The notes under the pieces were generated by a model. That model was not told the origin of the DNA and searched no databases. It worked only from the letters and a program-made list of their open reading frames with translations. A stretch of DNA of 28,990 bases from Paramoeba atlantica. Lineage: Eukaryota; Protista; Discosea. This document shows, one piece after another, positions 19,686-28,990 of this stretch. How positions within the stretch are numbered: the first letter of the stretch is position 1; each line of letters starts with the position of its first letter. The translations under genes were made by a program, and so were the position numbers. The stretch lies in assembly GCA_977017575.1 (NCBI GenBank), contig CDRNVI010000171.1, positions 1-28,990 of the forward strand. The letters run 5' to 3'.

Positions 19686-22428
19686 ATGGCAAACAATCAA
19701 AAAAGTTACTCTTCTCTGTTTTTTATCTCTTTGTTATCTATCAGAAAAAAATCAAAAAAAAAAAACAAGGATCAGAAACTCTTCTTTGATGTTGTTGGGA
19801 GTGAAAATGAAGAAGATGTCAAAGTTTTTCTTCTTGAAAACAAAGAATGTCAACTTGATGTTGACTTTAAATGTATAAACAAAGTTTTTTATTTTCTTTT
19901 TCTTTTTCTTTTTCTTTTTTCTTTTGTTGTTTTTAAGTTTTTGTTTTCTTTTTGTTAAAAGAATGGAATGACCACTCTTCACCTAGCTACTGAGAAAGGT
20001 TTTGAAAAAATTGTGAAAATTTTTGTTGAATATGAATCCAATTTTGATCTTCAAGAGCAAGTTTTTGATTTTTTTTTTGTTTTTTTCTTTTGTTTCTTTT
20101 ATTTTTTAAATTTTGTTGTTATTTGATAAAATATTGGTTATTTTGATATAATTAGAGAAATGGTTTGAGTAATGATTTTTTTTTGTTTTTTTTTTTAAAA
20201 AACTTATTTTTGTTTAAAAAATCAATACACTCCTTTTCACTTGGTGGTAGGAAAAGGTTTTAAAAAAATTGTGAAAATTTTTATTAAACATAGAATCAAC
20301 ACTGATCTTCAAGATCAAGTTTTGATTTCTCTTTTATATTTTTTTGTTTCCTCTCATTTTGTTTTATTTTGATAAATTATTAGGTTGTTTTGATATGATG
20401 TGTGTTGTGGTGGTTTTATTTTGTTCTTTTTTTTTGTTATTGATAAACTATTGGTTCTTTTGATATGATAGGAAAAAATGGTTGTATTGAGTGATAATTT
20501 TATTTTGTTTCTTTTTTTAAAACTTTTTTTTTGTTGAAGTATCAATACTCCACTCTTCACTTTGTTGCTTCCAAATTTAGAGCCAACAAAGAAATTGTGA
20601 AAATTCTGATTGAAAGTGGAGCTAATATTGATCTTTAAGATCATATTTTGATTTTTTTTTTCTTTTTTCTTTTTTTTTCTTTCCATTTTTTAATTTTGTT
20701 GTTGTTGATAAATTATTGATTTTTTTGAAAAATAATGAGTAAATGGTTAAGGTGATAATTTTATTTTGTTTTTTTTTTAAATTTTTTTTTTTTGTTCAAG
20801 TTTGAATAGGCTGTTTTGCACAAAGTTGTTTCTGAAGATTTTCAAAAAATTGTAAAAATTCTTATTAAATATGGATTCAACCTCAATATTCAAAACAGAG
20901 TTTTTTTTTTTTTTTTTTTTTTTTATTTGTGTTTTTTTCATTTTTTTATTTATTTGTTGATAAATTATTGGTTCTTCTGATATAATAGAAGCTGTGGTGA
21001 TTTGTTTTGTTATTTTTTTTTAATTTTTCTTTTTGTTAAAGAAAAGAAGAACTACTTTTCACCTTGGAGCCAACAAAGAAATTATAAAAATTCTAATTGA
21101 ACAATATTGATCTTCAAGATGAGGTTTTGATTTTCTTTTTTCTTTTTTTTTCTTTTGGTTTTTTTAAAAATTTCTTTTTTTAAAACTTCTTTTTGTTAAA
21201 GAGAAAAAAACCCCACTTCATTAGATTGCTTTTAAAGATTTTGAATAAATTGTGAAAATTCTTCTTGAACATGGAGCTGATGTTAATTTTCAAATCAAAG
21301 TTTTGATTTTTCTTTTTTCTTTTTATTGAAGTGTGATAAGTTATTTTATTCTTTTTTAAACCTTTTTTTGTTCAGTCTGGATGGATCACTCTTTACTATG
21401 CTGTTGAGAAAGGTTTTTATGAAATTGTGAACATTTTTATTGAACATAGATCTAAGATTAATTTTCAAGATCAAGTTTTGATTTTCTTTTTTTTTTTTTT
21501 TTATTTTTTTATTTTTTTATTTTTTCTTTGATTTTCATTTTTTTTTTTTCAAATTTTATCTTTTTTTTGATTTATTGAAAAAATTTCAGTTTAAAATTGT
21601 GTAATGATTTTTTTTTCTTATATTGTGGTTCATTGTATTTGTTGTTTCATGTTGTTGTGAATGGTAGTGTTGTATGTGATGTTTATTTTGTTTTGTTTTT
21701 TTCTTTAATTCTTTTTTTTTTTTGTATTTGTTCTTTTTTAAAATAAATTGTTTCTTTTTTTAATTTTTTTTTATTAAAAAGTATAAAAAGACTGCTTTTC
21801 ATTCTGCTGCTTCTACAGGTTCTAAAGAAATTGTAAAAATTTTTATTGAACATAAATTTACCCTTGATTTTCAAATCATAGTTTTTATTTTTTTTTTTTC
21901 TTTTTTATTATTTTTTGTTTCTCTCTTTCTATTTGTTTTTTCTTTTTTTTTTAACTAATTTTTTCTATTGTAACAATTTGTGTGAGATTTGTTTTTTTTT
22001 TTTTTTAAAATTTCATTTTGTTAAAAAGTAGATGGACTCTTCTTCACAATGCTACTTTCCATGGTTTTGAAGAAATTGTGAAAATTTTTGTTAAATATAG
22101 AGCCAATATTTATCTTCAAAACAAAGTTTTGATTTTTCTTTTTTTAATTTTCTTTTTCATTTGTTGAATTTTATTTGAGTTTTTTTTGTAGTTTTTTTTG
22201 AACTTTTTTATTTTTCTTTTTTGTTAGGATGGTAAAACAATCTTTGATATTATGGAAAATCAGACTAGGAGGCAAAGAATTGTTGAACTGATCAATGAAT
22301 TTCAGGAAAGGGTTTTGTTTTGTTTTTAGTTTTTTTTTTTTTTTTTTTTTCTTCCATTTTTATCTTCTTTTTTTTATTTTTTTGTTGTAAAGGAAAAATA
22401 TCAAACCAACTCAATGAAAAATACATAA
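19686..22428 (+). pseudogene. Second one-repeat-per-exon ankyrin gene (a different repeat subfamily), inactivated
   Basis: Exon relics: ~19686-19883, 19962-20060, 20220-20318 (acceptor AG>AA), 20540-20644 (TAA at 20636, donor GT>AT), 20801-20899 (TAG at 20807), 21042-21123 (internal deletion/frameshift), 21202-21299 (TAG 21222, TAA 21246), 21376-21474, 21782-21880, 22027-22125 (acceptor lost), 22228-22311, 22393-22428. Consensus resembles NGWTxLHxAxxKGFEEIVKILIEHGANxDLQDQ. Confidence 0.85.
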
Positions 22429-22700
22429 TTTATAAATAAATTAAATTACAAAATAAAAATCTGAAATTTAAAAAAATGTTTTTTTTTCTATTTTAATAAT
22501 TAATTTTTTTTTTGTTTTTTTGTTTTAAATAAATTAATAATTTCTTTTATTTATTTAAAAATCAAGTTTTCACTTTTTTCTTTAGATTTTCTTTCAAATA
22601 TCTAATTCATCCATTTGAAAAATGAAGATGTTTTTGCATTTGGACCAAACAAAGAAGTTTTTGAGTGTTCATCAGGAATATGATGTCCAAAAATTCTAAT

Positions 22701-23005
22701 TTACTTTGCTTCATAAGATTCCAATTTAAATGACATAGAAAAAAAACAAACCATCAAAAAAAAAATAAACATCAAAAACCAAACAAAGAATAAAAGAACA
22801 AAAAAGAGAATTCTGAGAGTTGTCCATGAATCATTTGATTCAAAGAAGAAGAATAATCCAAAATTTGAAAAATAATTACAAAAACAATAGGAAATAGAAT
22901 CATCAAGCCATTTTCCAATACAACCATCAGTTAAAAAAGTATAACTTTTATCTAAATATTCACAATAATATGTTTCATCTCTTTCTACATCAGAGGCCAA
23001 TACAT

Positions 23006-23036
<31 letters not shown>

Positions 23037-23615
23037 CAGTTGGAGTTTTTGACCATCTTTTCTCTCAAATTCATTATCCAAATCAAACTCAACATCTCCA
23101 GCTCCTTTTCTTCCAAAAAATATTGAAACATTTGAATTAATCTCCAAAACTTCCACTTCAACAACAATATTTTGATTATACAAATACAATTGAAGAGTAA
23201 ACTCTTCTATAAAAGAGATAAAAGTTACTTAATCATCCTGTTCAGCAATCCTTTCATCAGTATCTTCACTCTTTTTCAATATTACAACAGTTTTAACATA
23301 TTGATCTTTAAATTGATTTTGGTGGATTGTGAAATAACTTTCTTCAAAATTTTCATTCACTTATTCTCTCAAATAATCTCCAAAATTAGGTGGGAGAATT
23401 GCAAAAAAATCTATTCCAGGAATAAATAAGATAATTTGTGTGTTACTCAATTGTTCCACACTTCTTGTGACAACTAAATAAGAAAATATTTCTCTTTCAA
23501 CAACAAAAACTTTCCTATAATTTAACAGTTTAGAAGTAAATGCAATTTCCATATTGTCTAAAATTGTAAGATAATCATTTAATGACAATCCATCATTTGA
23601 AGCTGAATTTCCACC
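22701..23615 (-). pseudogene. GPS/GAIN-motif single-pass membrane protein pseudogene, 5'-truncated
   Basis: One continuous frame from 23615 to 22701 joins the two track ORFs across in-frame TAA codons at 23363-23361 and 23231-23229. YYCEYLDKSYTFLTDGCIGKWLDDSISYCFCNYFSNFGL (~22970-22855) fits the GPS consensus C-x-W..W-x-x-x-GC..C-x-C-x-H-(L/F)-(T/S)-x-F. It is followed by a hydrophobic TM segment; a polyQ tract lies at ~23037-23011. Confidence 0.7.
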
Positions 23616-23618
23616 TAA

Positions 23619-23631
23619 TTAGGGTTTAGGG
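23619..23631 (+). repeat. Short interstitial telomeric motif TTAGGGTTTAGGG
   Basis: Exact match to ~2 units of the terminal repeat, in the same orientation as the 28061 array. Confidence 0.7.
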
Positions 23632-25249
23632 CCCTATACATTGCAAAAAACTAACGAATTTTTTCAAAAGATTTATGAATCGAATCGATTAAGGTGACGA
23701 TTCTATCCGAAAGAGACGAAAAACGTCGAAACATAAGGTGTGCTAAAAAAGAAACTTTTTGTTTTTCTTTGATTTTCTCAATTCTTTCTTTTGATTGTAT
23801 GTGGAAAAGTGAAATGATTGATCCGGTGGTGTTGTTTTTAATAGTTTGTGAATAAAGAAAAAAAAAAAGAATAACAAACTAAAACATTCACTTGAAATAT
23901 GGAATAAAAAAGTTCATTGGTAAATCAAACAATCTATCATGTATCTTTCCAAACCTTTCAACTCTTCTTTTCTTTCAATTTCTTTCTTTTCTCTTTCTGT
24001 TTTTCTTTTTTTTTCTCACCCGCCACTTTCTTTTCCGAAAAAGAAAAAAAAAATCCAATTCCTAATCAAATGTTGCCACATCAGCCATTTTCTTTTTCTT
24101 TTTTTGGTTTTTTTTTTGGTTTTTTGTTTCGAACAGTTTTTTTTTTCTTTTTTGTTTGTGAGAAAGAAAGAAAAAAAGAAAAAGAAAGAGAAAGAGAAAG
24201 ATTCAACAAAAAAGAGAAAAAAACAAAAAAAAACAAAGAAAAAGGATTGTATGACCAAAATTGATTGAAAAGATCCAAATGCAAACCAAAAATAAGATTA
24301 AAAAAGAAAAAAAGAAAAAGAATTGAATTTGTATTGGTCCTATCTTGATGGAAGCTTGAACAACTAAGAAAAAACAAGAACATTTGAATTCTTTTTCACT
24401 TTGTCAAATTTCAAGAAAAAAAATCGCACCCAAAATAAAAATCGGTTTTTCAACAAAAAAGTTTTTCTTTTTTGTTTTTTGTTTTTGTTTGATTTTTGTG
24501 TTTGGTTTTTGTTTTTTGAAAAATGAGAAAAATAGACTTTTAGAAATCAAGAGATTTTTGGTTTTTCAATGTATCACTTTTATATTAAGAAAGAGAAACG
24601 AAAAACCAATCTATTTTTCTCAAAGTGAGAAAGATAAAAGAATTCACAAAATTTATCCGGTGATCCAATTCTTTGAGGTTTTCTTTCTTTTCTTTTTTCC
24701 TCTTCTTTTTCTTGTTTCTTTTTTTCTTTTTTTCTTTTTCTTTTTTGTTTCTTTTTTCTTCTTTTTCCTTCATCTCTTTTTCTTTTTTACTTTTTTTCAC
24801 ACAAAATTGTTTTTTTTTTTCTTTTTCCTTTTTTCTTTTTCTCTTTTTTCTTTTTCTCTTTTTTCTTTTTCTCTTTTTTCTTTTTCTCTTTTTTTTTTTC
24901 TTTTTTGAAAAGATTTAGAAAAATGAAAAACTAATTCTTTTTATTCTCAGAATGAACAAAATAAAAAAAATCAAAAGGGATTCATTTTCTTTTGTGTTGA
25001 GTGGGAACAGGATTTCTTTTTTTTCAATGGTTTTTTGATTTCTTTTTTGATTTCTTTTTTTCTTTTTCTCTCATTTTCTTCTTTTTTTTTTCTTTTTGTT
25101 TTTTTTTATTTCTTTTTTATTTCAGGGTTTTGAAAGCTTAAAAATATGAAAGTTTGTTTTTTGTTGTTTCTTTTAAGTTTTAATTTTTTTGTTGATATTC
25201 GGAATTTTTTTTATTTTATTTTTTTTTATTTTAATTGTTTTTTTTCTTT

Positions 25250-27095
25250 AGAGAGTGTTTTTTATCATTGAAAATGACATCATCTTATTCCCTGTGATTT
25301 ACTGTATCCAAAGAATCCTATTTTTCTCTCAGATAAAGCACAATGTGATGTGATGGGTTAGAGGTTCAGTTTCTTTTTTCCAACATTTTTTTAAACAATA
25401 TTTAAATAATTAAAGTTTTAATGTTTTTTCCTTCAGAAACTGTTCTTTATCATTGAAAATAATATCGTCTTATTCCTTGTGATTTACTGTATCCAAAGAA
25501 GCCTATTTTTCTCAGATAAAGCACCTGATGTGATATGAGGGGTTCAGTTTCTTTTTTCCGGTATTTTTTTAAACAATAACTAATTACTTTTTTTTATTGT
25601 TTTTTCCTTCAGAAACTATTCTTTATTATTGAAAATGATATCGTCTTATTCCTTGTGATTTACTGTATCCAAAGAAGCCTATTTTTCTCAAATAAAACAC
25701 TTGATGTGATGTGAGGTTCAGTTTTTTTTTTTTGATATTTTTTTAAACAATAACTAATTACTTTTTTTTATTGTTTTTTCCTTCAGAAACTGTTCTTTAT
25801 CATTGAAAATACTATCATCTTATTCCCTGTGATTTACTCTCTCCAAAGAAGCCTATTTTTCTCAAATAAGCACCTGATGTGATGTGAGGGGTTCAGTTTC
25901 TTTTTTTCAGTATTTTTTTAAATAGTAACTAATTACTTTTTTTTATTATTTTTTCCTTCAGAAACTGTTCTTTATCATTGAAAATGATATCGTCTTATTC
26001 CCTGTGATTTACTGTATCCAAAGAAGCCTATTTTTCTCAGATAAAGCACTTGATGTGATGTGAGGGGTTTAGTTTCTTTTTTTCAATATTTTTTTAAACA
26101 ATAACTAATTACTTTTTTTTATTGTTTTTTCCTTCAGAAACTGTTCTTTATTATTGAAAATACTATCGTCTTATTCCCTGTGATTTACTCTCTCCAAAGA
26201 AGCCTATTTTTCTCAGATAAGCACCTGATGTGATGTGAGGGGTTCAGTTTCTTTTTTTCGGTATTTTTTTAAATAGTAACTAATTACTTTTTTTTATTGT
26301 TTTTTTCTTCAGAGAGTGTTTTTTATCATTGAAAATTACATCGTCTTATTCCTTATGATTTACTGTATCCAAAGAATCCTATTTTTCTCTCAGATAAAAC
26401 ACAATGTGATGTGATGTGAGGGGTTCAGTTTCTTTTTTCTGATATTTTTTTAAACAATATTTAAATAATTAAAGTTTTAATGTTTTTTTCTTTCAGAGAG
26501 TGTTCTTTATCATTGAAAATAACATTGTCTTATTCCTTGTGATTTACTGTATCCAAAGAAGTTTATTTTTCTCTCAGATAAGCACCTGATGTGATGTGAG
26601 GGGTTCAATTTCTTTTTTTCTGACATTTTTTTAAACAATAACTAATTACTTTTTTTTATTGTTTTTTTCTTCAGAGAATGTTCTTTATCATTGAAAATTA
26701 CATTGTCTTATTCCTTGTGATTTACTCTCTCCAAAAAAGTCTATTTTTCTCAGATAAAGCACTTGATGTGATGTGAGAGGTTCAGTTTCTTTTTTCTGGT
26801 ATTTTTTTAAACAGTAACTAATTACTTTTTTTTTATTGTTTTTTTCTTCAGAGAGTGTTTTTTATCATTGAAAATTACATCATCTTATTCCTTGTGATTT
26901 ACTGTATTCAAAGAATCCTATTTTTCTCTCAAATAAAGCACAATGATGTTGTGATGGGTTAGGGATTTAGTTTCTTTTTTCTGATATTTTTTAAAATAAT
27001 ATTTAAATAACTTTTTGTTTTAATGTTTTTTCTTTCAGAGAATATTCTTTATCCATTGAAAAATTGTATCATCTTATTTCTTTTGTGATTTACTC
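25250..27095 (+). repeat. Subtelomeric tandem satellite, ~10.3 copies of a 174-187 bp unit
   Basis: Unit starts (AGA(A/G)A..TGTT.TTTATCATTGAAAAT) at 25250, 25435, 25611, 25785, 25960, 26136, 26311, 26495, 26673, 26850 and 27037 (partial). Conserved core: tcttattcc(c/t)tgtgatttact.t.tccaaagaa.cctatttttctc...tgatgtgatgtgaggggttcagtttc. Confidence 0.95.
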
Positions 27096-27170
27096 TTGCT
27101 TTGAAACCACCAAGAAATAAGAGCATTCTTATTTTTTAATGGACTGAGATTTCTTTGTACTTTGGTTTTC

Positions 27171-27202
<32 letters not shown>

Positions 27203-27328
27203 TTTCTTTTTTCTCTTCTTTTTCTTTTTTTTTCTCTCTTTTATTCTTTTTTGTCTCTTGCTCCTCCAATCCTTTTTTTTTTTCTCTTTTCCTTCTTTTT
27301 TCTTCTCTTTTTTTTTTTTCTTTTTTCT

Positions 27329-27360
<32 letters not shown>

Positions 27361-27992
27361 TCTTTTTTCTTTTTGCTGATTTTCCTCTTTTGCCTTTTTC
27401 TCTCTTACCAAAGTATTGTTGGGGGTTTAGGGGTGATATTGTGGACCACACCAATTAGGCTTACAAGCTTCTCTCCCTCTTCCTATACATTGCTCCTCCT
27501 TTTTTCCTTCCCTTCCTCCCTCTCTCTGTGTTCAATTTGCTTTCCTTTCTTTTGTTTCATCTTCGACACGTCCTGTCTGTGTGCGGCCAAAATCTACTCT
27601 CCTCTTTTCTGATTTATAGTTTTTTCTTTTACTTTCTCTTTTGTTTTTTGGAATTCAAAATAATAAAAAAGAAAAGTTAAAGGTTTGTTTTGTTTTTTTG
27701 AAAAATCAAAAAAATATTAATAAAAAAATCAATTTTTGATTTGTTTTATTTTTTGGTTTTTTTGAAAAAAAATGAAAAACACAAACATACAACAATGATC
27801 ACAAATGAAAAACAAACTAATATCACCTTAACAACAAAGAAAAAAACCATTAACCCCTCCTTTTATCAACACCAACTATTGCACAAGTCTTCGGACTTAT
27901 GGAGAGTTGGTCTCCTCCCTTCAGCAGTGGTGTGGTGCCCCTCCGTCTGTGTAAAGATGGCAAAAAGATGAAAAATCTGGAAATTGAAACAC

Positions 27993-28006
27993 TAGGGTTT
28001 AGGGTT
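27993..28006 (+). repeat. Short telomeric motif TAGGGTTTAGGGTT just proximal to the main array
   Basis: Read directly from the sequence. Confidence 0.7.
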
Positions 28007-28060
28007 GTTATTTATGGTTGTTGTTGGTTGTGTTGTTGCCTCTTTATGCTTGGTGAAGGG

Positions 28061-28403
28061 TTTAGGGTTTAGGGTTTAGGGTTTAGGGTTTAGGGTTTAG
28101 GGTTTAGGGTTTAGGGTTTAGGGTTTAGGGTTTAGGGTTTAGGGTTTAGGGTTTAGGGTTTAGGGTTTAGGGTTTAGGGTTTAGGGTTTAGGGTTTAGGG
28201 TTTAGGGTTTAGGGTTTAGGGTTTAGGGTTTAGGGTTTAGGGTTTAGGGTTTAGGGTTTAGGGTTTAGGGTTTAGGGTTTAGGGTTTAGGGTTTAGGGTT
28301 TAGGGTTTAGGGTTTAGGGTTTAGGGTTTAGGGTTTAGGGTTTAGGGTTTAGGGTTTAGGGTTTAGGGTTTAGGGTTTAGGGTTTAGGGTTTAGGGTTTA
28401 GGG
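28061..28403 (+). repeat. Telomeric array (TTTAGGG)49
   Basis: 343 bp of perfect heptamer repeats. The G-rich strand runs 5'->3' away from the AT-rich sequence on the left, as expected for that sequence's right telomere. Confidence 0.97.
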
Positions 28404-28579
28404 TTATCTGTGTGTTCAACTTGTTTCTTAAAATTTTCATTGTCTAAGATAGTAAAAACATTTTGCGCTCTAGCAGCCAAACTCCGACTGAGTGGCTTTA
28501 ACTCTTTTGCCTTTTGGGCTTGCTTATAAACATCATGCGCTAAGTTTGCTACCGCAATAATCAATCCCGGATCTATCAT
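28391..28579 (-). CDS. Truncated ORF resembling the MLKL N-terminal four-helix-bundle domain, in a bacterial-looking context; 3' end runs into the telomeric repeat
   Basis: AGGAG at 28592-28588 lies 8 nt before the ATG at 28579. The protein is MIDPGLIIAVANLAHDVYKQAQKAKELKPLSRSLAARAQNVFTILDNENFKKQVEHTD, followed by NPKP* supplied by the telomere repeat. There are no T-rich introns and base composition is balanced. Confidence 0.55.
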   Translation of the reverse strand: MIDPGLIIAVANLAHDVYKQAQKAKELKPLSRSLAARAQNVFTILDNENFKKQVEHTDNPKP

Positions 28580-28990
28580 CTGCATTTCTCCTTTTGCAAT
28601 AAACAATCTCAATTACTAGCAGCAAAATTATCGCGTCAATTATGCTCCTTAACTGCTAGTATCCATTTTCGCATAGCACGAAAACACCCAAACAACGCGA
28701 CGCATTTCACTCGTCGTTCGCTGTGCTTATTGAGGCTAAATTTTAAGTGACTTAATAGGAATTATTTAAATCATTCAACTTAAGTGGTAACGCTTGATGT
28801 TTTAAATGTAATGGACGAGAGCAATCAGTGCTACCTACGTTCGAGAATATACACCAAGGTATTTGTTCAATGCAATGTTTATTCTGCACTCACTCCCTCA
28901 AATGCACAGCACACCCAATTTTAGCTACACATCCAATGTCATTGCTAGCCTATCTTTATTTTGCACCGTGCCTTATCTTCTCCCACGATT

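Noticed and set aside
22586-22683. Possible kinase N-lobe relic (LKNEDVFAFGPNKEVF) after the second ankyrin pseudogene
   Set aside because: Too short and degenerate; no Gly-rich loop or further kinase motifs are recognisable.
22701-23615. Alternative genetic code (TAA=Gln, or TGA=Trp/Sec at 18273/18354/19045) to explain in-frame stops
   Set aside because: Intact genes in the window end in TAA or TGA and use CAA and TGG normally. The stops occur only in regions that also show splice-site loss and frameshifts, so decay explains them better.
25250-27095. The satellite as a tandem exon-intron array (ttcag|...|gttcagttt boundaries)
   Set aside because: The putative exon has stop codons in all frames I checked on both strands and variable lengths that are not multiples of 3, so there is no consistent repeat protein.
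23900-27620. Many long F/L/S-rich or K/R/E-rich ORFs in the track (also at 294-551, 740-1069, 2615-3272, 15634-15925, 20354-20686)
   Set aside because: They are translations of poly-T/poly-A low-complexity intergenic or intronic DNA that lacks stop codons by composition; no domain-like signal.
28600-28640. Sigma70-like promoter (TTGACG ... TAGTAA) upstream of the MLKL-like ORF
   Set aside because: Spacing and the -10 match are poor; not supportable from sequence alone.

Overview
This is eukaryotic, very AT-rich, intron-dense DNA (short T-rich GT-AG introns, standard code). It reads as a subtelomere ending in (TTTAGGG)49 at 28061-28403. The gene content (plant-style LRR protein, Frizzled/Smoothened-like GPCR) and the architecture suggest a protist, possibly amoebozoan; that assignment is inference. 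Most ORFs in the supplied track are spurious low-complexity frames; the real genes must be assembled from exons. From left to right: a 5'-partial LRR receptor-like protein with about one LRR per exon; a small Tudor-like protein ending in a CaaX box; a Frizzled/Smoothened-like GPCR; an ABCG fragment; an intronless 4-TM gene that looks bacterial; and an intact 29-exon ankyrin gene whose 27 repeats are each a separate phase-0 exon varying mainly at binding-surface positions. Next is a zone of decayed genes with strong C>T/G>A and CpG loss: two ankyrin pseudogenes (one split by a tRNA-derived SINE with a 15-bp TSD), a GPS/GAIN membrane-protein pseudogene, and a phased palindrome array. Then come a ~175-187 bp subtelomeric satellite and the telomere array. 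Beyond the array are ~590 bp of compositionally different, bacterial-looking DNA encoding a truncated MLKL-N-terminal-like ORF. All exon models were read by eye and are not transcript-verified.
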